Below are positions 1 through 12,330 of a stretch of 64,000 bases of DNA, in pieces. The notes under the pieces are model-generated. The model saw only the letters and a list, made by a program, of their open reading frames with translations. It ran no database searches and was not told where the DNA came from. The stretch's first letter is position 1; the number at the start of each line of letters is the position of its first letter. The DNA is from Euglena gracilis (Eukaryota), in contig CP154954.1 in NCBI GenBank assembly GCA_039621445.1, forward strand, positions 8,434,634 through 8,498,633, in the 5' to 3' direction. The position numbers were made by a program, and so were the translations under genes.

Positions 1-1
1 T

Positions 2-165
2 CGGGCAATTTGTATTTGCCCAGACTGGAATAGGAGGTGGGTGAAAAATCTGGTGGCTATGGCTGTCAAAAAGATTTATTTTCCCAAGGGGACAAAGTTG
101 TTTGAGGCTGATGGGAGGATTTTGAGGGGTACCCGTTGGGGGGTGTGGGCCTTGTTGGTTGATAG
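2..165 (+). other. Putative C-terminal half of a Dam-like (DIRS-MT-type) N6-adenine DNA methyltransferase domain fused upstream of the protease
   Basis: In-frame translation RAICICPDWNRRWVKNLVAMAVKKIYFPKGTKLFEADGRILRGTRWGVWALLVD resembles the hydrophobic-strand-P-x-W..W segment that follows NPP(F/W) in retroelement Dam-like domains. The catalytic motif would lie upstream of the window. Confidence 0.55.
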
Positions 166-3100
166 AAGGCAACTCTCCCAGGGGGGGGCAGCCCCAGGGA
201 AGAAAAAATTGGTGCGGCTGAAAAAAAGAATGTTGAGGGGGACGAAAACTCGGGGAGGATCGAAGAAACTTGGGGAGGACAGACAACTGCTGTTAAAAAC
301 CCAGATTAAGTTGGCAAATGGGGAGGAAAAAACGGCCAGAATTTTGATTGACACGGGGGCGGAGGCAAACCTCATTCGACAAGGGTTGATAGGGGACCAC
401 CTAATGTATCCTGCTAAGGACCCGCTAAGGTTTGAAACTGCCAATGGGCAAACTTTGGCGGGGGGGAGCAGATGTGCAAAGGTGAAAATGATCCTACAAC
501 AAAATTGGAATGAGGAAAGGGAAATTGAGAGGGTGGAGTATGAGGTTGAATTTTATCAGGCAAACATCAACGTTGATGCCATTCTTTCTTATCCATGGTT
601 GGCGGAGGCAAAACTGGGAATTTTTCCACACCACAAGGCGTTGGTGAAAGACAGCCCAGACCTGATTTTTTTGCGGGGTGTTGAAAGACGGAGGGGTCCG
701 CAAAAATTCAGTGATGACAAAAATTTTTCAGTGGACAATGTGACTGTGGCAGACGGGTCTTCGTTTGGGTTGCAAAAATTTGGTCTTTGTTTGCCATTGG
801 AGGGGTTGGACCAAGAATTGCAATTTTTGAGCGATGAGGACCTGGGGGAGGTTGCCACAAATTTGGAGGGAAGTGACCCCCCTGTGCAAGTTATCAACCG
901 AATGATAATTGCAAGGGAGGGGGAGGACAAAAAAGAGGAGGAACGGGTAGTCAAGTTGAGGGAACAAGTTTTGGAAGATTACAGGGGGACGGTATTTCGG
1001 TCATCGCCATTTCCAGACCCCCCCGAAAGAGGACAATATGGTTATGCATACATACCTTTGAAGGAGGGGGCAAAGCCAACCAGACAGAAGCCTTTTTTCA
1101 TGCACGGTGAGAGGAAAGAGGCACTTGAGAAAATCACACAAGACTGGCTCGACAAAAAATACATTGAGCCAGCCGCAGCCAAAAATTCTGAATGGCTGTC
1201 CCAGACTTTTCCGGTTCCAAAAAAATCCAACGATTTTCCTTGGAGGGGGGTGGTGGACCTCAGGGGCCCAAACAGCCAAACAAGGCGATGCAACTACCCC
1301 CTACCCAAAATTGAAGACATTTTGGTCAAACATGGTGCAAACCAAATGTTTTCGATCATCGATTTGAAGCAAGCTTTTCACCAACAACCCTTGCACCCAG
1401 AAAGTCGACCCATAACGTGTTGTTTTACCCCCAAAGGCATTTTTCAGTGGAGGGTGAACGTAATGGGTTTGACAAATGCCCCCCAACAATTTCAGCAAAT
1501 GATCGATGACCGTTTGACACCAGTAAGGGATATCGCCACAGGGTACATAGACGACATACTGGTGAGGACAACGGTCGGGGAAGGGGAGGATCTAGTGGGG
1601 GCACATGAAAAAGATTTGAGGAGGGTGTTGGAGGTGCTGAAAACAGAACTTTTGGTGGCTGATGAATTCAAAGCCAAACTTTTCGTTGAGGAGGTCGAAT
1701 TTTGTGGACAAATTTTAGGAAACGGGACTAGGAGGCCTGCACCGGGTAAGTTACGAGCGATCGAAAAGTGGGAGGTTCCAAAAACAATTACGGCTTTGAG
1801 AGCCTTTTTGGGATTCACAAATTATTACAATGCATACATTCACATGTATGCGGAAGTAGCTGCCCGGCTGCAAGACAAATTGAAAGTCCCCAGGGAGGTG
1901 GGAAAGAAAGGAAGTCGAAAACCTGTGGAATTTGATGGGGAGGATTTAAAAGCTTTTGAGGAGCTGAAAAAAAGGTTGTGTTCGGGCCTAATGTTGCAAC
2001 GGGTAGACCCAGATAAACCCTTTGTGCTAAGGGTTGATGCCAGTGGGTACGCCGTGGGGGCAACGTTAGAGCAAATGAAGGAGGGGGGAGGAAGACCCAC
2101 AGCCCAGGATGTGATTGAGAAAAAAACTGTGCCAGTGGCTTTTATGTCTCGAAAATTGACCGAGGGGCAAAGAAAATGGACCCCCCGGGAGTTGGAGACG
2201 TATGCCATAATTTTGGCACTACAAAAATGGGAAAGTTGGATTGGATTGCAACCCGTTTTGGTTTTAACCGACCACCAAAGTTTGGAGTCTTGGACAAGGG
2301 AGGTCCTAGACACCCCCAGTGGTCCGGTTGGGAGGAGGGCGAGATGGCATCAAATTTTCTCCAAGTATGACTTGACGGTGGGATATATCCCGGGTAAAGA
2401 AAATACCATAGCGGATATCCTTAGTCGGTGGGCATACCCAGCTTCACAGGCCCTAAGGGATATAAGTAAGCACGGGTCAGCCGAAGACAAGGATGAAATG
2501 GAAAATTTTATCCGGGAGGAAAAAGAAGAGGAAAAACAGTGTTTGGAGATAAGAATCAAAAACCAGCCCAATTTACGTAATGCCTGGATACGGGGGGTGA
2601 CAACCCGTAGTGGCAAAAACGTAACACCTGAGGAGGAAAAAGGAGAGTGCACAAGGAGGGGAACCGAGGGTGGGGTAGACCCAGGAGGAAAAGACACCCC
2701 TGTGGACACCCACTCACAAGGGCCCAGGAAAGAAAAGAAACGAGTTCATTTTTGGGATGAGAAAGTGGGGGGGGAGACGACCCCTGTCCCGGAGACGGCT
2801 GAAAGTTCGAGGGGGGACACTCGTATGGAAGTGGGGGACGCCCTGCCAAGTACGACCCCTAAGGATATTAAGCCCGTATGGGAGCGTGATTGGGGGGAAG
2901 CATATTCCCGATGCCCCACATGGAAAGAAAAATGGGAGGCTACCAAAGGTGGTTCAGTTTGGCCCAAAAGCTATAAAGTCTTGAACGGTCAACTGTTTTT
3001 CGAGGAAAAGTTGTGTGTGCCTGAAAGTTTCCAACCCTTGGTGATTCAAGAAAATCACGAGTTTTTGGGGCACGTTGGCCCTGAAAAAGTTTGGAAACAC

Positions 3101-4357
3101 ATGACAATCCGTTTTGTTTGGGCTGATGAAAAGGCTGCAAAGCAACTCAACCAAAATTGCAGCAAAAATTGTTCCACATGCCAAGCGAGTGTGAGGGGGG
3201 AGAGTTTGAAAGGACCGATCGAGTCCACACCCATACCCCCTGCACTAATGACAAGTGTTGCCATCGATTTGTTTCGAATGCCAAGGGTTTTACACGATGG
3301 GGGGGAGTACGACACCCTAGCCCTTTGTGTGGATAGGCATTCGGGTTGGATTGTGGGGGTTGCATGCAAGGACAAGGGATTAACCGGTGCCAAGTTGGCT
3401 AAGGAAATGGTGAAAAATCAGTGGAGGCCTTTTGGGGTTCCCTCGGTCATCTCAAGTGACCAAGGGAGCCATTTCACAAGCACTTGGTGGAAAAACATGT
3501 GTGCGCTTTTGGGGATTAGGCAAGCGTATTCCCAAGCATACCACCACCAAGCAAACGGGAGGGTTGAGAGAGCCGGACAACAGGTAATGGAGGTGTTGAG
3601 AAAATTGTATGTGGAAGAAAAAATTAATTGGGTTGAAGCTTTACCCCAAGTTTTGGACCGAATTCATGACGTAAAGGGGGAAAGCGGATTGAGCCCATAT
3701 GAAATTGTGACTGGAAGGGAAAGACCATTGGCAGGGGTACCCTACCAACCACCCAAAGAATGTGAGGATTCGGTGGAGTTTTTCCGAAGGATGCAAGACA
3801 TTGATGGGAGGGTGGCTAGGATACTCAACAAAAAGCATGAGGAGGAGGTGGCAAGGATAAATAAGGGGAGGAAAGAAATGGAACCCCTAAAGGTGGGGAC
3901 GACGGTTTGGTATAAGAGACCCGAGGGGTCGGGTGAGAAGCTTGACTCTAGGTGGGTGGGACCTGGGGTCGTGAAGTGTAGAGAAGGGGAACGGAGTTAT
4001 GTAATTGAGATGAAATCTGGGGTGGAGACAAAAGCTCATAGGAGTTTTTTGAAGGAGTATCGGGAACCCCAAGTGGAAGGTAAGGGGGTGCCTCTTTTTT
4101 ACTATAAACGGACCGAAAAAGAAGAAGAGGCATTACCTGATGAGTGGGAGGTGGAAAAAATCTTGAGGCATCGGAAAGGAAAAGATGGAAAGTGGGAATT
4201 TTTAACAAAGTGGGTCGGATATGAGGACGGGGAGGAAACCTGGGAACCAGCTGGAAATTTCATTCACAGATTCAGTGAAGAGTTTGTGAAATATTGTCGT
4301 GAGAAAAAAGTGAAAGTGGACGTAATGTCCGAACTAAAAACTGACGGTGGGCCATAA
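2..4357 (+). CDS. pol: Ty3/Gypsy chromovirus pol polyprotein (PR-RT-RNaseH-IN-chromodomain), 5' end outside window
   Basis: Frame is open from base 2. Protease LIDTGA (~343-360), RT IDLKQAFHQ and YIDD (~1543), RNase H VDASGYAVGA/ELET/TDH, integrase HHCC (HEFLGH..CSTC) with D-D-E (AIDL, SSDQG, VERA), chromodomain WEVEKILRHR..FLTKWVGY..TWEP (~4145-4260). No stops. Confidence 0.96.
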   Translation, partial: RAICICPDWNRRWVKNLVAMAVKKIYFPKGTKLFEADGRILRGTRWGVWALLVDRRQLSQGGAAPGKKKLVRLKKRMLRGTKTRGGSKKLGEDRQLLLKTQIKLANGEEKTARILIDTGAEANLIRQGLIGDHLMYPAKDPLRFETANGQTLAGGSRCAKVKMILQQNWNEEREIERVEYEVEFYQANINVDAILSYPWLAEAKLGIFPHHKALVKDSPDLIFLRGVERRRGPQKFSDDKNFSVDNVTVADGSSFGLQKFGLCLPLEGLDQELQFLSDEDLGEVATNLEGSDPPVQVINRMIIAREGEDKKEEERVVKLREQVLEDYRGTVFRSSPFPDPPERGQYGYAYIPLKEGAKPTRQKPFFMHGERKEALEKITQDWLDKKYIEPAAAKNSEWLSQTFPVPKKSNDFPWRGVVDLRGPNSQTRRCNYPLPKIEDILVKHGANQMFSIIDLKQAFHQQPLHPESRPITCCFTPKGIFQWRVNVMGLTNAPQQFQQMIDDRLTPVRDIATGYIDDILVRTTVGEGEDLVGAHEKDLRRVLEVLKTELLVADEFKAKLFVEEVEFCGQILGNGTRRPAPGKLRAIEKWEVPKTITALRAFLGFTNYYNAYIHMYAEVAARLQDKLKVPREVGKKGSRKPVEFDGEDLKAFEELKKRLCSGLMLQRVDPDKPFVLRVDASGYAVGATLEQMKEGGGRPTAQDVIEKKTVPVAFMSRKLTEGQRKWTPRELETYAIILALQKWESWIGLQPVLVLTDHQSLESWTREVLDTPSGPVGRRARWHQIFSKYDLTVGYIPGKENTIADILSRWAYPASQALRDISKHGSAEDKDEMENFIREEKEEEKQCLEIRIKNQPNLRNAWIRGVTTRSGKNVTPEEEKGECTRRGTEGGVDPGGKDTPVDTHSQGPRKEKKRVHFWDEKVGGETTPVPETAESSRGDTRMEVGDALPSTTPKDIKPVWERDWGEAYSRCPTWKEKWEATKGGSVWPKSYKVLNGQLFFEEKLCVPESFQPLVIQENHEFLGHVGPEKVWKHMTIRFVWADEKAAKQLNQNCSKNCSTCQASVRGESLKGPIESTPIPPALMTSVAIDLFRMPRVLHDGGEYDTLALCVDRHSGWIVGVACKDKGLTGAKLAKEMVKNQWRPFGVPSVISSDQGSHFTSTWWKNMCALLGIRQAYSQAYHHQANGRVERAGQQVMEVLRKLYVEEKINWVEALPQVLDRIHDVKGESGLSPYEIVTGRERPLAGVPYQPPKECEDSVEFFRRMQDIDGRVARILNKKHEEEVARINKGRKEMEPLKVGTTVWYKRPEGSGEKLDSRWVGPGVVKCREGERSYVIEMKSGVETKAHRSFLKEYREPQVEGKGVPLFYYKRTEKEEEALPDEWEVEKILRHRKGKDGKWEFLTKWVGYEDGEETWEPAGNFIHRFSEEFVKYCREKKVKVDVMSELKTDGGP

Positions 4358-4359
4358 GC

Positions 4360-4822
4360 TCTTGAGTGAGCTAGGAGGCCTTGACACAAGATTGAGGGAA
4401 GGCAAAGTGCTGTTTTTTTCCCCCATCATTAAAATTCAAAATCCGGATTTGCATGTCTGTGTGTGTGCGTGTGTGCATGTGGGCGCAAATGCGCACGAGT
4501 GTGTGAAGGAGGGAATGGCCAAGCTCAAACAATGGGATTCTGCCATGGAAAGAGAATGGAGAAAGGCAGAAAAAGGCCCCGCACGGGGGCCGGAGTGCAA
4601 AGGGGCACCACTGTATATACACCGCCCATCTATTATATTGCCGTTCGCTGTCCCTCTTCCCATCCCTTCCCTCTCCCTACCCCTCGCGTTGCTTCCCCTC
4701 GCATCACAGTTATGCGGTGGTGTTATAAGGGTTCCACAAATCATTCGAATGAGGATGGATTACACCATGGTTGGGAGTCCTTGATCAGATAACGAGCCCT
4801 CACTCGGTTGGTTAAGGGGACA
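4360..4822 (+). mobile_element. Probable 3' UTR/3' LTR of the chromovirus
   Basis: Follows the pol stop; purine run GAGGGAAGG at ~4394; ends ...GGGGACA before a tandem array. No partner LTR in the window, so the boundaries are uncertain. Confidence 0.4.
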
Positions 4823-4825
4823 GAT

Positions 4826-5260
4826 TTTTTGGCAAAAATTCCCCCGGCCCGGGGAGGGGGGGGGGCGCTCGATTTTTTGACAAAAATCCCCCGGCCCGAG
4901 GGGGGGGGGGCGCTTGAATTTTTTTTGACAAAAACCCCCCGGCCCGAGGAGGGGGGGGGGCGTTCGATTTTTTGACAAAAATTCCCCCGGCCCGAGGAGG
5001 GGGGGGGCGTTCGATTTTTTGACAAAAATTCCACCGGCGCGAGGAGGGGGGGGGGCGTTCGATTTTTTGACAAAAATTCCCCCGGCCCGAGGAGGGGGGG
5101 GGGCGTTCGATTTTTTGACAAAAATCCCCCCGGCCCGAGGAGGGGGTGGGGGGCGTTCGAATTTTTTTTGACAAAAATTCCCCCCGGCCCGAAGGGGGGG
5201 GGGGCGCCAACCGAATTTTTATCAAAAATCCCCCGACCCGTTGGAAGGGGGGGGGCAGAA
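4826..5260. repeat. Minisatellite, ~9 units of ~47-50 bp
   Basis: Unit AAAAATTCCCCCGGCCCGAGGAG(n)CGTTCGATTTTTTGAC repeated head-to-tail with no spacers. Confidence 0.92.
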
Positions 5261-6042
5261 CTTGGTGAAGACACTCACACCACCCGTGAGAAGCGGGGGG
5301 GGGGCAGTCTAATATTCATTGGTTGGTGAAACAAGTCTTTCCCAAAGGTTTGAAGGCACTTGAAAGCCATAGTCCCTGAAGTTTGTTTCCCATTTGTTGA
5401 TTCAAGGAAGAATGGGTGTGGGACATAGGCTTTGGATGAAAGAGTGCCGAATGGAGGATTTCCCCCCCATTGTTGAGGAACGGGGGGGGGGGCGAATTTT
5501 AGGTGTCCGACTAAGGTCGCAAGGAAGGGGGTGTCGGCCGCCGGCTTGCGCCGGCAGCCAAAAATTGCCAGAAGGCGCAAATTTCAAAGTCGCGGCTAAC
5601 AGCCAATCAGTTAAAAAAACCCGCGACTTAAATTGGAAGCGGGTCAAATTTCGAAGCGCCTTCGAATTTGTTTTTTTTCACAGAACTTGAGGGGTTTTCC
5701 CCAATATTTGGCAAGAAGGAATACTATTGTATTGAATTTGGCATTTGGACTTTGATTTGGAGTTGCAAGCTGAGTTCATTGTTGGTCATTGATTCATTGA
5801 AGTCAATTCAATTGAAGGAGCCTTAAACACCACCGCCCACTCCCTCTATACCGCCACCTTCGCCTCCATCACCTACCACTCCTTGCCCCAAGGTTTGCAC
5901 ATTTCATACATTCACATTTCACAGTTTCAGTTTCAATTGTCTTCTCATTCAAGTTTCAGAGTTTCAAAAATCAAGTTTCTTTCAGTTTTGGCTTCAAAGT
6001 TCCAAGTTTCAGTGGGTTGGTTTTGCAAGGTGTGCAAGAGAG

Positions 6043-6063
6043 TGTGAGAGTGAGTGAGTGAGT

Positions 6064-6119
<56 letters not shown>

Positions 6120-6122
6120 AGA
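6043..6122. repeat. (GAGT)n/(GA)n microsatellite
   Basis: Directly visible. Confidence 0.97.
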
Positions 6123-6419
6123 AGTGAGTTTTTTGCACCAAATGGCAGATTTTTCGATTTTGAGCAAAATTTCGGAAACCGCAAAAAAAAACGATCCTAC
6201 GCACCGGCTGGGGTTGGGGAAACCACCTGGGTGAGAAAACGGGGGTTGATTTGAGCCCACCAACCCCTGGAGAAAGCGCAGGCCCCACCCCGGAAACACC
6301 CACCCCCCTGCTGTCGGTGGTCCTCCCCACCGGCGAGGACCCCCCGGGGCCCTCGGCCCGAAGGGACTCGGCGGTCGCGGGGGCGACCGGCGGCCCGGGG
6401 GTGGCGGACCCGGTCAACA

Positions 6420-8900
6420 GGAGGGGGACCATCCCCTCCACCTCGCGGAGGTACGGGAGCCACCGCCGCCTCCATTGGGGCCAGTCCTCGGCGTTCCCCG
6501 AGAACCGGCCCGGATGCCTCCCCCCGAGCGCATCCAGGAGGTGCGGTGGCAGGATCTGCAGCTGGGGAGCCCCCAGCGGCAGGGTGGTTGCTTGGACTTC
6601 TCGGATGGCGGTTCCCCTCACGGGTGCGGGCACGCTCGCCCCCGAACGCATGAGGAGCATCGGTGCTGCATTCGTCGGCACCGGGCGGGATCGCACGAGC
6701 CGCAGCTCCGGTCGGAGCCGCGACGCGGGCGGATTGGCTGGGTCCGCTGGTGTGGCCGCAGTCGCAGCCGGCACCGCAGACTGCATCACCGGCGGGGGCC
6801 CGCCGGCAGGATGGGATGATGGCTGCATGGCTGGCTGGGGAGACACCCCGGTGGCGAACGCCACCGCGGGGGTCTGATGCATGGCACGCGATGGGTTGGG
6901 ATGGACGGCTTGCTGGTACACCGTGCCTTCAGCACACTGCGGATCAGTGCCTTCGGCACCCAGTGGCTGGCTTGACACGGGCACAGAGACTTGGGAGACG
7001 GGTCGGACTTGGACTCGGACAGACTGGGCAGCAGCCACCGGCACCGAAACCGGTGCTGACGGCTTGGACAGGGCTGCGGTCGCCGCTTGCGGGTGTGATA
7101 CCGGATGCTGCGCTGCTCGGTGCGCTGGTGGGGCGGCGGTGCTGGCGGGTCGCGATGCCGGGGCAGACGGATGCGACGACAGCGCGGACTGCTGCACTTG
7201 CACGCGGGACGGTTGCGGATGGGACGGTGCACGTTGGGCCGCGGAGGACGACGGTTGGCGCTGGGACACGGACAGCGGCTCTGCTCGGATAACTGCGGCG
7301 GTGCTCGATCGGCGGGGGAATGCATACGCGGATTGCGGCATGGATATCCCTTCCCTTGCCGGGCGCGCGGTGGTTGACGATGAGGACCGCTCAGCCGGGG
7401 CTCGGGCCGCCCCCGCCGACGCAGGCTGCGGGGCGGACTGGTAGGGATCGGCTGCCCCTCGGGTTGGCGGCGTGGTCTGAGCCGCCGAGGACACCGGGGG
7501 TCCCCCGGCTGGGCGGAGACCGGACATCTTGACAGACCACTGCTTGATCTCCTCCTTTGCCATCTGAATCTCCCTGAACAGCGCCGTCACCACTTGGTCC
7601 ACTTCCCGGAGGGCCTTCTCCAAGTACACCCTGCACTTGCCCTCCAACTCCACGGATATCCGGTCGGCCAGCTTGTTGAAATACTGCACCTGCAACGCCG
7701 GGATCTCGGTCTTGGAGTTGAGCTCCATCCGCTGCAGTCGCTCCTCCATCTGCCGCACCACCGTGGCGATCTCCTCCCGCGTCACCATGGCTCCCCGGAG
7801 ACGGGCCACCTCCACTGCCGTTTCCGGGTCCACCACCCGGGCCGCACCCTCGCCGGGGCCGGCACGCACCATCGCCGTCAAGCCTTGCACCTCTGCCTCG
7901 CGGCATCGGTGCTCAGCCTGCACGGCGGCGATTGCTTGGGCCGCCTCATCCGCCGCCTTTCGGGCGGCCGCCTTGGCTTGCGCCACTTGGCCCTCGAGCC
8001 GTCCGTGCTGGGCTTGGATGGTCTCCATGAACTGCGCGATGACCTTGCCTTGCCCCTCCGCCACTTGTCGATAGGCCGCCGCGGACGCCTCCTTCGTGGC
8101 CTTGATCTCCTTGTCCATCTCCTCCAGCGCCGCGGTGGGCCAGTCATCAGACATCTCCCGGGTGCGGTTGCCCAGGAGGTCGAGCTGGGCCACCACCTGC
8201 CCGAGACTCGCCTCCACGCCGCGGACTTGGGCACCCACGGCGTCGATGCGGCTCGTCAGCCACACCGCCACCTCCTCCGACACCCCGGGATACTCGTCCT
8301 GCATAGGCTGGTCTTGCACCGGGACTTCATCCCCGGCACCCATCTCCTCCTGGTACACCTCGGGGGCCATATCTTCCTCGTATCCCTCACCTACGGGCTC
8401 CGCCTCGTCGTACATCTCGAGGGTCTGCTCGTACGTCTCCTCTGCCTGGTCATACTCCACACCCGTCGCGTCCTCGTCCATCTCGTCCACGATCCTTGGC
8501 ATCTTGAGCGGCCGGTGGGACGATGAGGCTTCAGAAAAGGGGGTTCGTTCCCCCCACACCCTTTGATCCCCCTTGCGGCTCCCTCTGGGGGTGGTGGTGG
8601 GGGAGAACAGCAGTGCCGCCCCCGCCGCGGCCAGCAGCGGGAAGCGGGCCCGCAGCGGGGTGGCGTCCCGCGGGGACTCCAGCTCCGGCAGCTGGAGCGG
8701 CACCAGCGCGAACGCCGCCGCGGACGCCGCCGCGGATGCCGCCGCGGACGCCGCCGCGGACCTCCCCGGGGACGGCGTGTCTGCTGGGGTGGTGCGCAGG
8801 GAGTGGGACAGGTACGAGGGTGGGGATGGGGTGGACAGGATGGGGAATGTTAGCTGGAGTGGGAATGGGAGCTGGGGGTTTGGGCTGAATGGGAGCTGGG
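6420..8900 (-). pseudogene. gag: Truncated Gypsy gag (same family as the DNMT-element gag)
   Basis: Long ORF with acidic, coiled-coil and Pro/Ala-rich parts ending in GRHPGRFSGNAEDWPQWRRRWLPYLRE, which matches GLHPGRFSGHPEDWPQWRRRWLLFLRK at ~15.0 kb. Homology stops right after this motif and no pol follows. Confidence 0.8.
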
Positions 8901-9779
8901 GGTTTGGGCTTATCGCCTTTTCTTGAGCGGGGCTAGGCGGGGAAATGGGGGATTATTTTTCTGCTGTGCACGCTGAGGGGGACTGAGCAGCGGCATGCGT
9001 GTGCGGGGGATTGGGATTGGGTATGGGGCGGTCTGTTTCATGTTGGGGAGTCCCATGGTGGGGGACACACACCACCGGGGCGGGGTGAGCCTGGGGAGCC
9101 GGATCCATCTTGTCGGTGTGGTTTGTTCCCAGGAAATTTTGTTCTGTGAAAAACCTCTGCCACCAGTTTCCCGAACGATGTTGTTTTTGCCCAGCCTTCA
9201 CTCCCGGGGGTCCGTGAGGGGGTACCGGCGGGGTGGGGGGTAGGCGCGATGGGCTCTGGGGAGAGGGGTAGGTTCGGGATACTCCCCTTCCCACGTAGGA
9301 GTTTTTCCCGGGGACCGAAGGCCCTCCTTTTTGGGAGTGGTTGGAGGGGGGAATCCGGCTTGGCGTCCCTTCCGGCAGTGGGGGGGGTTTAGGAAAAGGC
9401 CTGGTTGCCCTCCCCTAGGCTTCAGATACCCCAGCACCAACACCTTTTTGGCTTGTACTGCTCTCCTGATCCAGCAGATAACCAATCTTTTTTGTAATCC
9501 TTTGCTTGCTCCGCCCTTGGGTTTTTGACTTTCTTGAACTTTTGCACTTCCTTGGCTCCAGTGCCTTTCTTTGAATTGCCTTGAAAATCCTTGAAAATTG
9601 ATATAATTTGACCTTGGTCTTGATTCAGCAGGCACAATCTTGAATTGAAACCATGGGTAAAAAGAGGGAGCCTGCAGTGAAAAACAGAACAGTTAGAGAG
9701 CGGTTTGCGCTATTTTGATGCTGAATTAGCGCAGTGGTTCGCTATATACAACAGCAGGCTGTTATAGTGGCAATGGAAG

Positions 9780-12330
9780 GTGCAGCGGCCGGTCCGCCAA
9801 CTGAGGCTGACGGGCGCATCTCGTGTGGGTGCTCGGATCGCGTATCGTGCGGGGCGTCTGCTGGGGCGTCTCGGGCGCTGCGCTGCGTGTCGAGGCGGCT
9901 GCGCGTGGTGACGGCGATGTGGGACGCTTACGGGACCGCGGCGAACGACTGGAGCGGGATCAGCTGGATGACGGCCAGCTCTCTCCCCTCCCTGAGGGTT
10001 GACCTCTCCACCTGTTCCGCCTTGGTCTCCTCGTCCTCGGGATGCACCGCCTTCGGGGTGGACTTCTCACGCAGCTTCTCCTGCAGGATTTGGCCTTCAC
10101 CTCCTTCGTGTCGGCCTCGGTGCCGTGCCACTCGGTGTCGCGCCAGCCTTGTGAGGCCGGGTAGCCTCAGCAGGACATGGCATCGCCCACCACGTTGGTC
10201 TCGCCGGGGACGTGCACCACGGTGATGCGGAACTCGTTGAGCTTCGCATGCCATCTGGCCCGCCTCCCTTGCGGGCCCACTCCGGCGACGTACTCCTTGT
10301 ACCACGACTCCAGGCTGCGGTGGTCGGTCAGGACGAGGATCTCGTTGTCCAGCAGGAAGCCCGCCCACTTGTCGAGGACGGCCACCACGGCATACGTCTC
10401 CTTGTCCTGGACATCCCACCGAAAGCGCTGCCCCTCGGTGAGCTTCCGGGACTTGAAGGCCACCGGGACGGAGGCCCCCAGCCGCAGGTCCTCCTACGCG
10501 GCACGCCGTCGATGTTCGGGAACTGCTCCAGAACCGCTCCGATGGCGTAGTCCGACGCGTCGGTGCGCAGGACGAACGGTCTGGCTGGATCGATGTGGTA
10601 CAGCTCCAGGTCGGCGACGAGGGCCTTCATCAGCTTGTCGAACGCCTCCTTCTCCTGCTCCGTCCACACCACTGGGTGCTTGGATCCCGCCCTGGTCAGC
10701 TCCCTCGGCAACTTCAGCTTCTCCTGCAACGGAGCCACCAGTTCCGCGTACAGTCTCACGTAGCCTGCATAGTAATTGCAGATACCGAGAAACAAAACGC
10801 GCGGAGACTGCTGACTGTCGGCGGCAGCTGCCAGTGCGGCACCGCCGACAGTTTGCCTGGGCCCGGCGCCCTCCTGCCGTGCCCCACGACATGCCCCACG
10901 AACTCGACCTGCCTCAAGAAAAGCTTGACCTTGCGGCTGTCGCTGACCCATCTGTCCTTCTCCAAGGCCAGCAACGTCTCACGGATGTCTCGGGCGTGCT
11001 TCTGGTAGAACTCCTCGTCCGTCTCCTCCGCTCCCTGCCGCGTACTGACGATGATGTCGTCGAAGTATGGGCGGGAGTGCGCCTTCACCGCCGCGCAGGT
11101 GGGGTCGATGTATCGCTGTAGGAGGGCGGGCCCGACGTTGATCTCCTGCGGGACCACACGCCACTGCCACAGCTCACCCGGCAGCTGGACGTTCGTCACC
11201 GGTCGGCTCTCCTCCGCCAAGGCCACCTAGTGGAACGCGTCCCGCAAGTCGATGGTGCTGAAGAGGGTACACTTCGCCTGCTCCGCCACGATCTCCTCCG
11301 TCAAGGGCAAGGGGTAGCTGTCCGCCATGATCTGCAGGTTCGTCACCGCGTAGTCACACACCATCCTCCACTTCCCGTTCTTCTTCCGAATCGGGAAGGC
11401 CGCCGCCCGCCACGGGCCGCGTCCCGGCTCCACCTTCCGGTCGCGGCAGCACTCCTCCTCCATCTCCCGCATCTCCTCAGGCCGCTCGCCCTTTAGGTGG
11501 ATCACCCTCCCCACCACCGGCTTGGCGTTTGGCTTGTGGCGCAGCACCGCCATCCCGTGCTGGCCTCGGGACGGCGGATCGGGGTGGACGCGGTCGCAGA
11601 AGACGCGGCCCTCGAACTCCTTGAGCATCTCGGCGCGCAGTTGGAAAGCCAGCGGATGTTGCTCCTCCGCCTCGGCAGTGACCACCCCACGGACTTCCTT
11701 CGCCTCCTTGGCCGCGTCGATCAGCACCTTGGCCACCATTGCCTCCACCTCGGCGTCCAGGGCCTCGTCCTCCTCGTCTCCGTCGGGGCCGTTGACCCCG
11801 ACGGTGAGCCTCATCTTCCTCACCTCGGCCTCCATCTCCTCCTCCACTTCGGACGGCGTGCGGGGCAACGGCGACGGGCTGCAGGCTCGGACGGTCGCGT
11901 GTGTGCGTGTGCTTAGCGCTGCGATCTCGCTTGCTTCGGTGCCGGCGATGACACATCGGGTGTCGTCGTGGAGCTGGAGTGCATCCCGCCAGGGTTTCAC
12001 ATCCAGCCCGTGCTCCGTCAGCCAGGGGTAACCCAGAATCAGGTCACACCCTATATCACCGTCATGGACGGTGATCTGGCTGTGCCACCTCTGCACTCCT
12101 CCCTCCTCTCTCCTTCACTCCTCGCGTTGAACACCAGGAGGACGTCCGCCTCGTTTTTGCCGCCTGCCAGCAGGTCGCCGTTCACGGTCCGCAGCAGCAG
12201 CGGCCGCTCGCTGCGGCGGAAACATCCGTTCGGGAACAAGTCCCGACAGATCAGCGACGTCTGCGCCCCGGTGTCGATGAGGGCCTTCGCCTTCTCCTCC
12301 CGGCCGTCGATCTCGATGACCAGTCCAACA
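9780..12330 (-). pseudogene. pol: Decayed Gypsy pol (PR-RT-RNaseH, integrase absent)
   Basis: ALIDTGAQ (~12260-12285), TIDLRDAFH*, PYFDDIIV, RTDASDYAIGAVLEQ, AFKSRKLTEGQ, TDHRSLESW, GPQGRRARWH; ends just after the VTTRS linker (~9900). Several frameshifts and stops. Confidence 0.92.

Noticed and set aside
4826-5260. CRISPR array
   Set aside because: Contiguous repeats without unique spacers, no cas genes, eukaryotic context.
5971-6420. C-terminus of the 910-aa ORF as real protein
   Set aside because: Read-through past the gag truncation into non-coding DNA and a GA microsatellite (SLSLSL).
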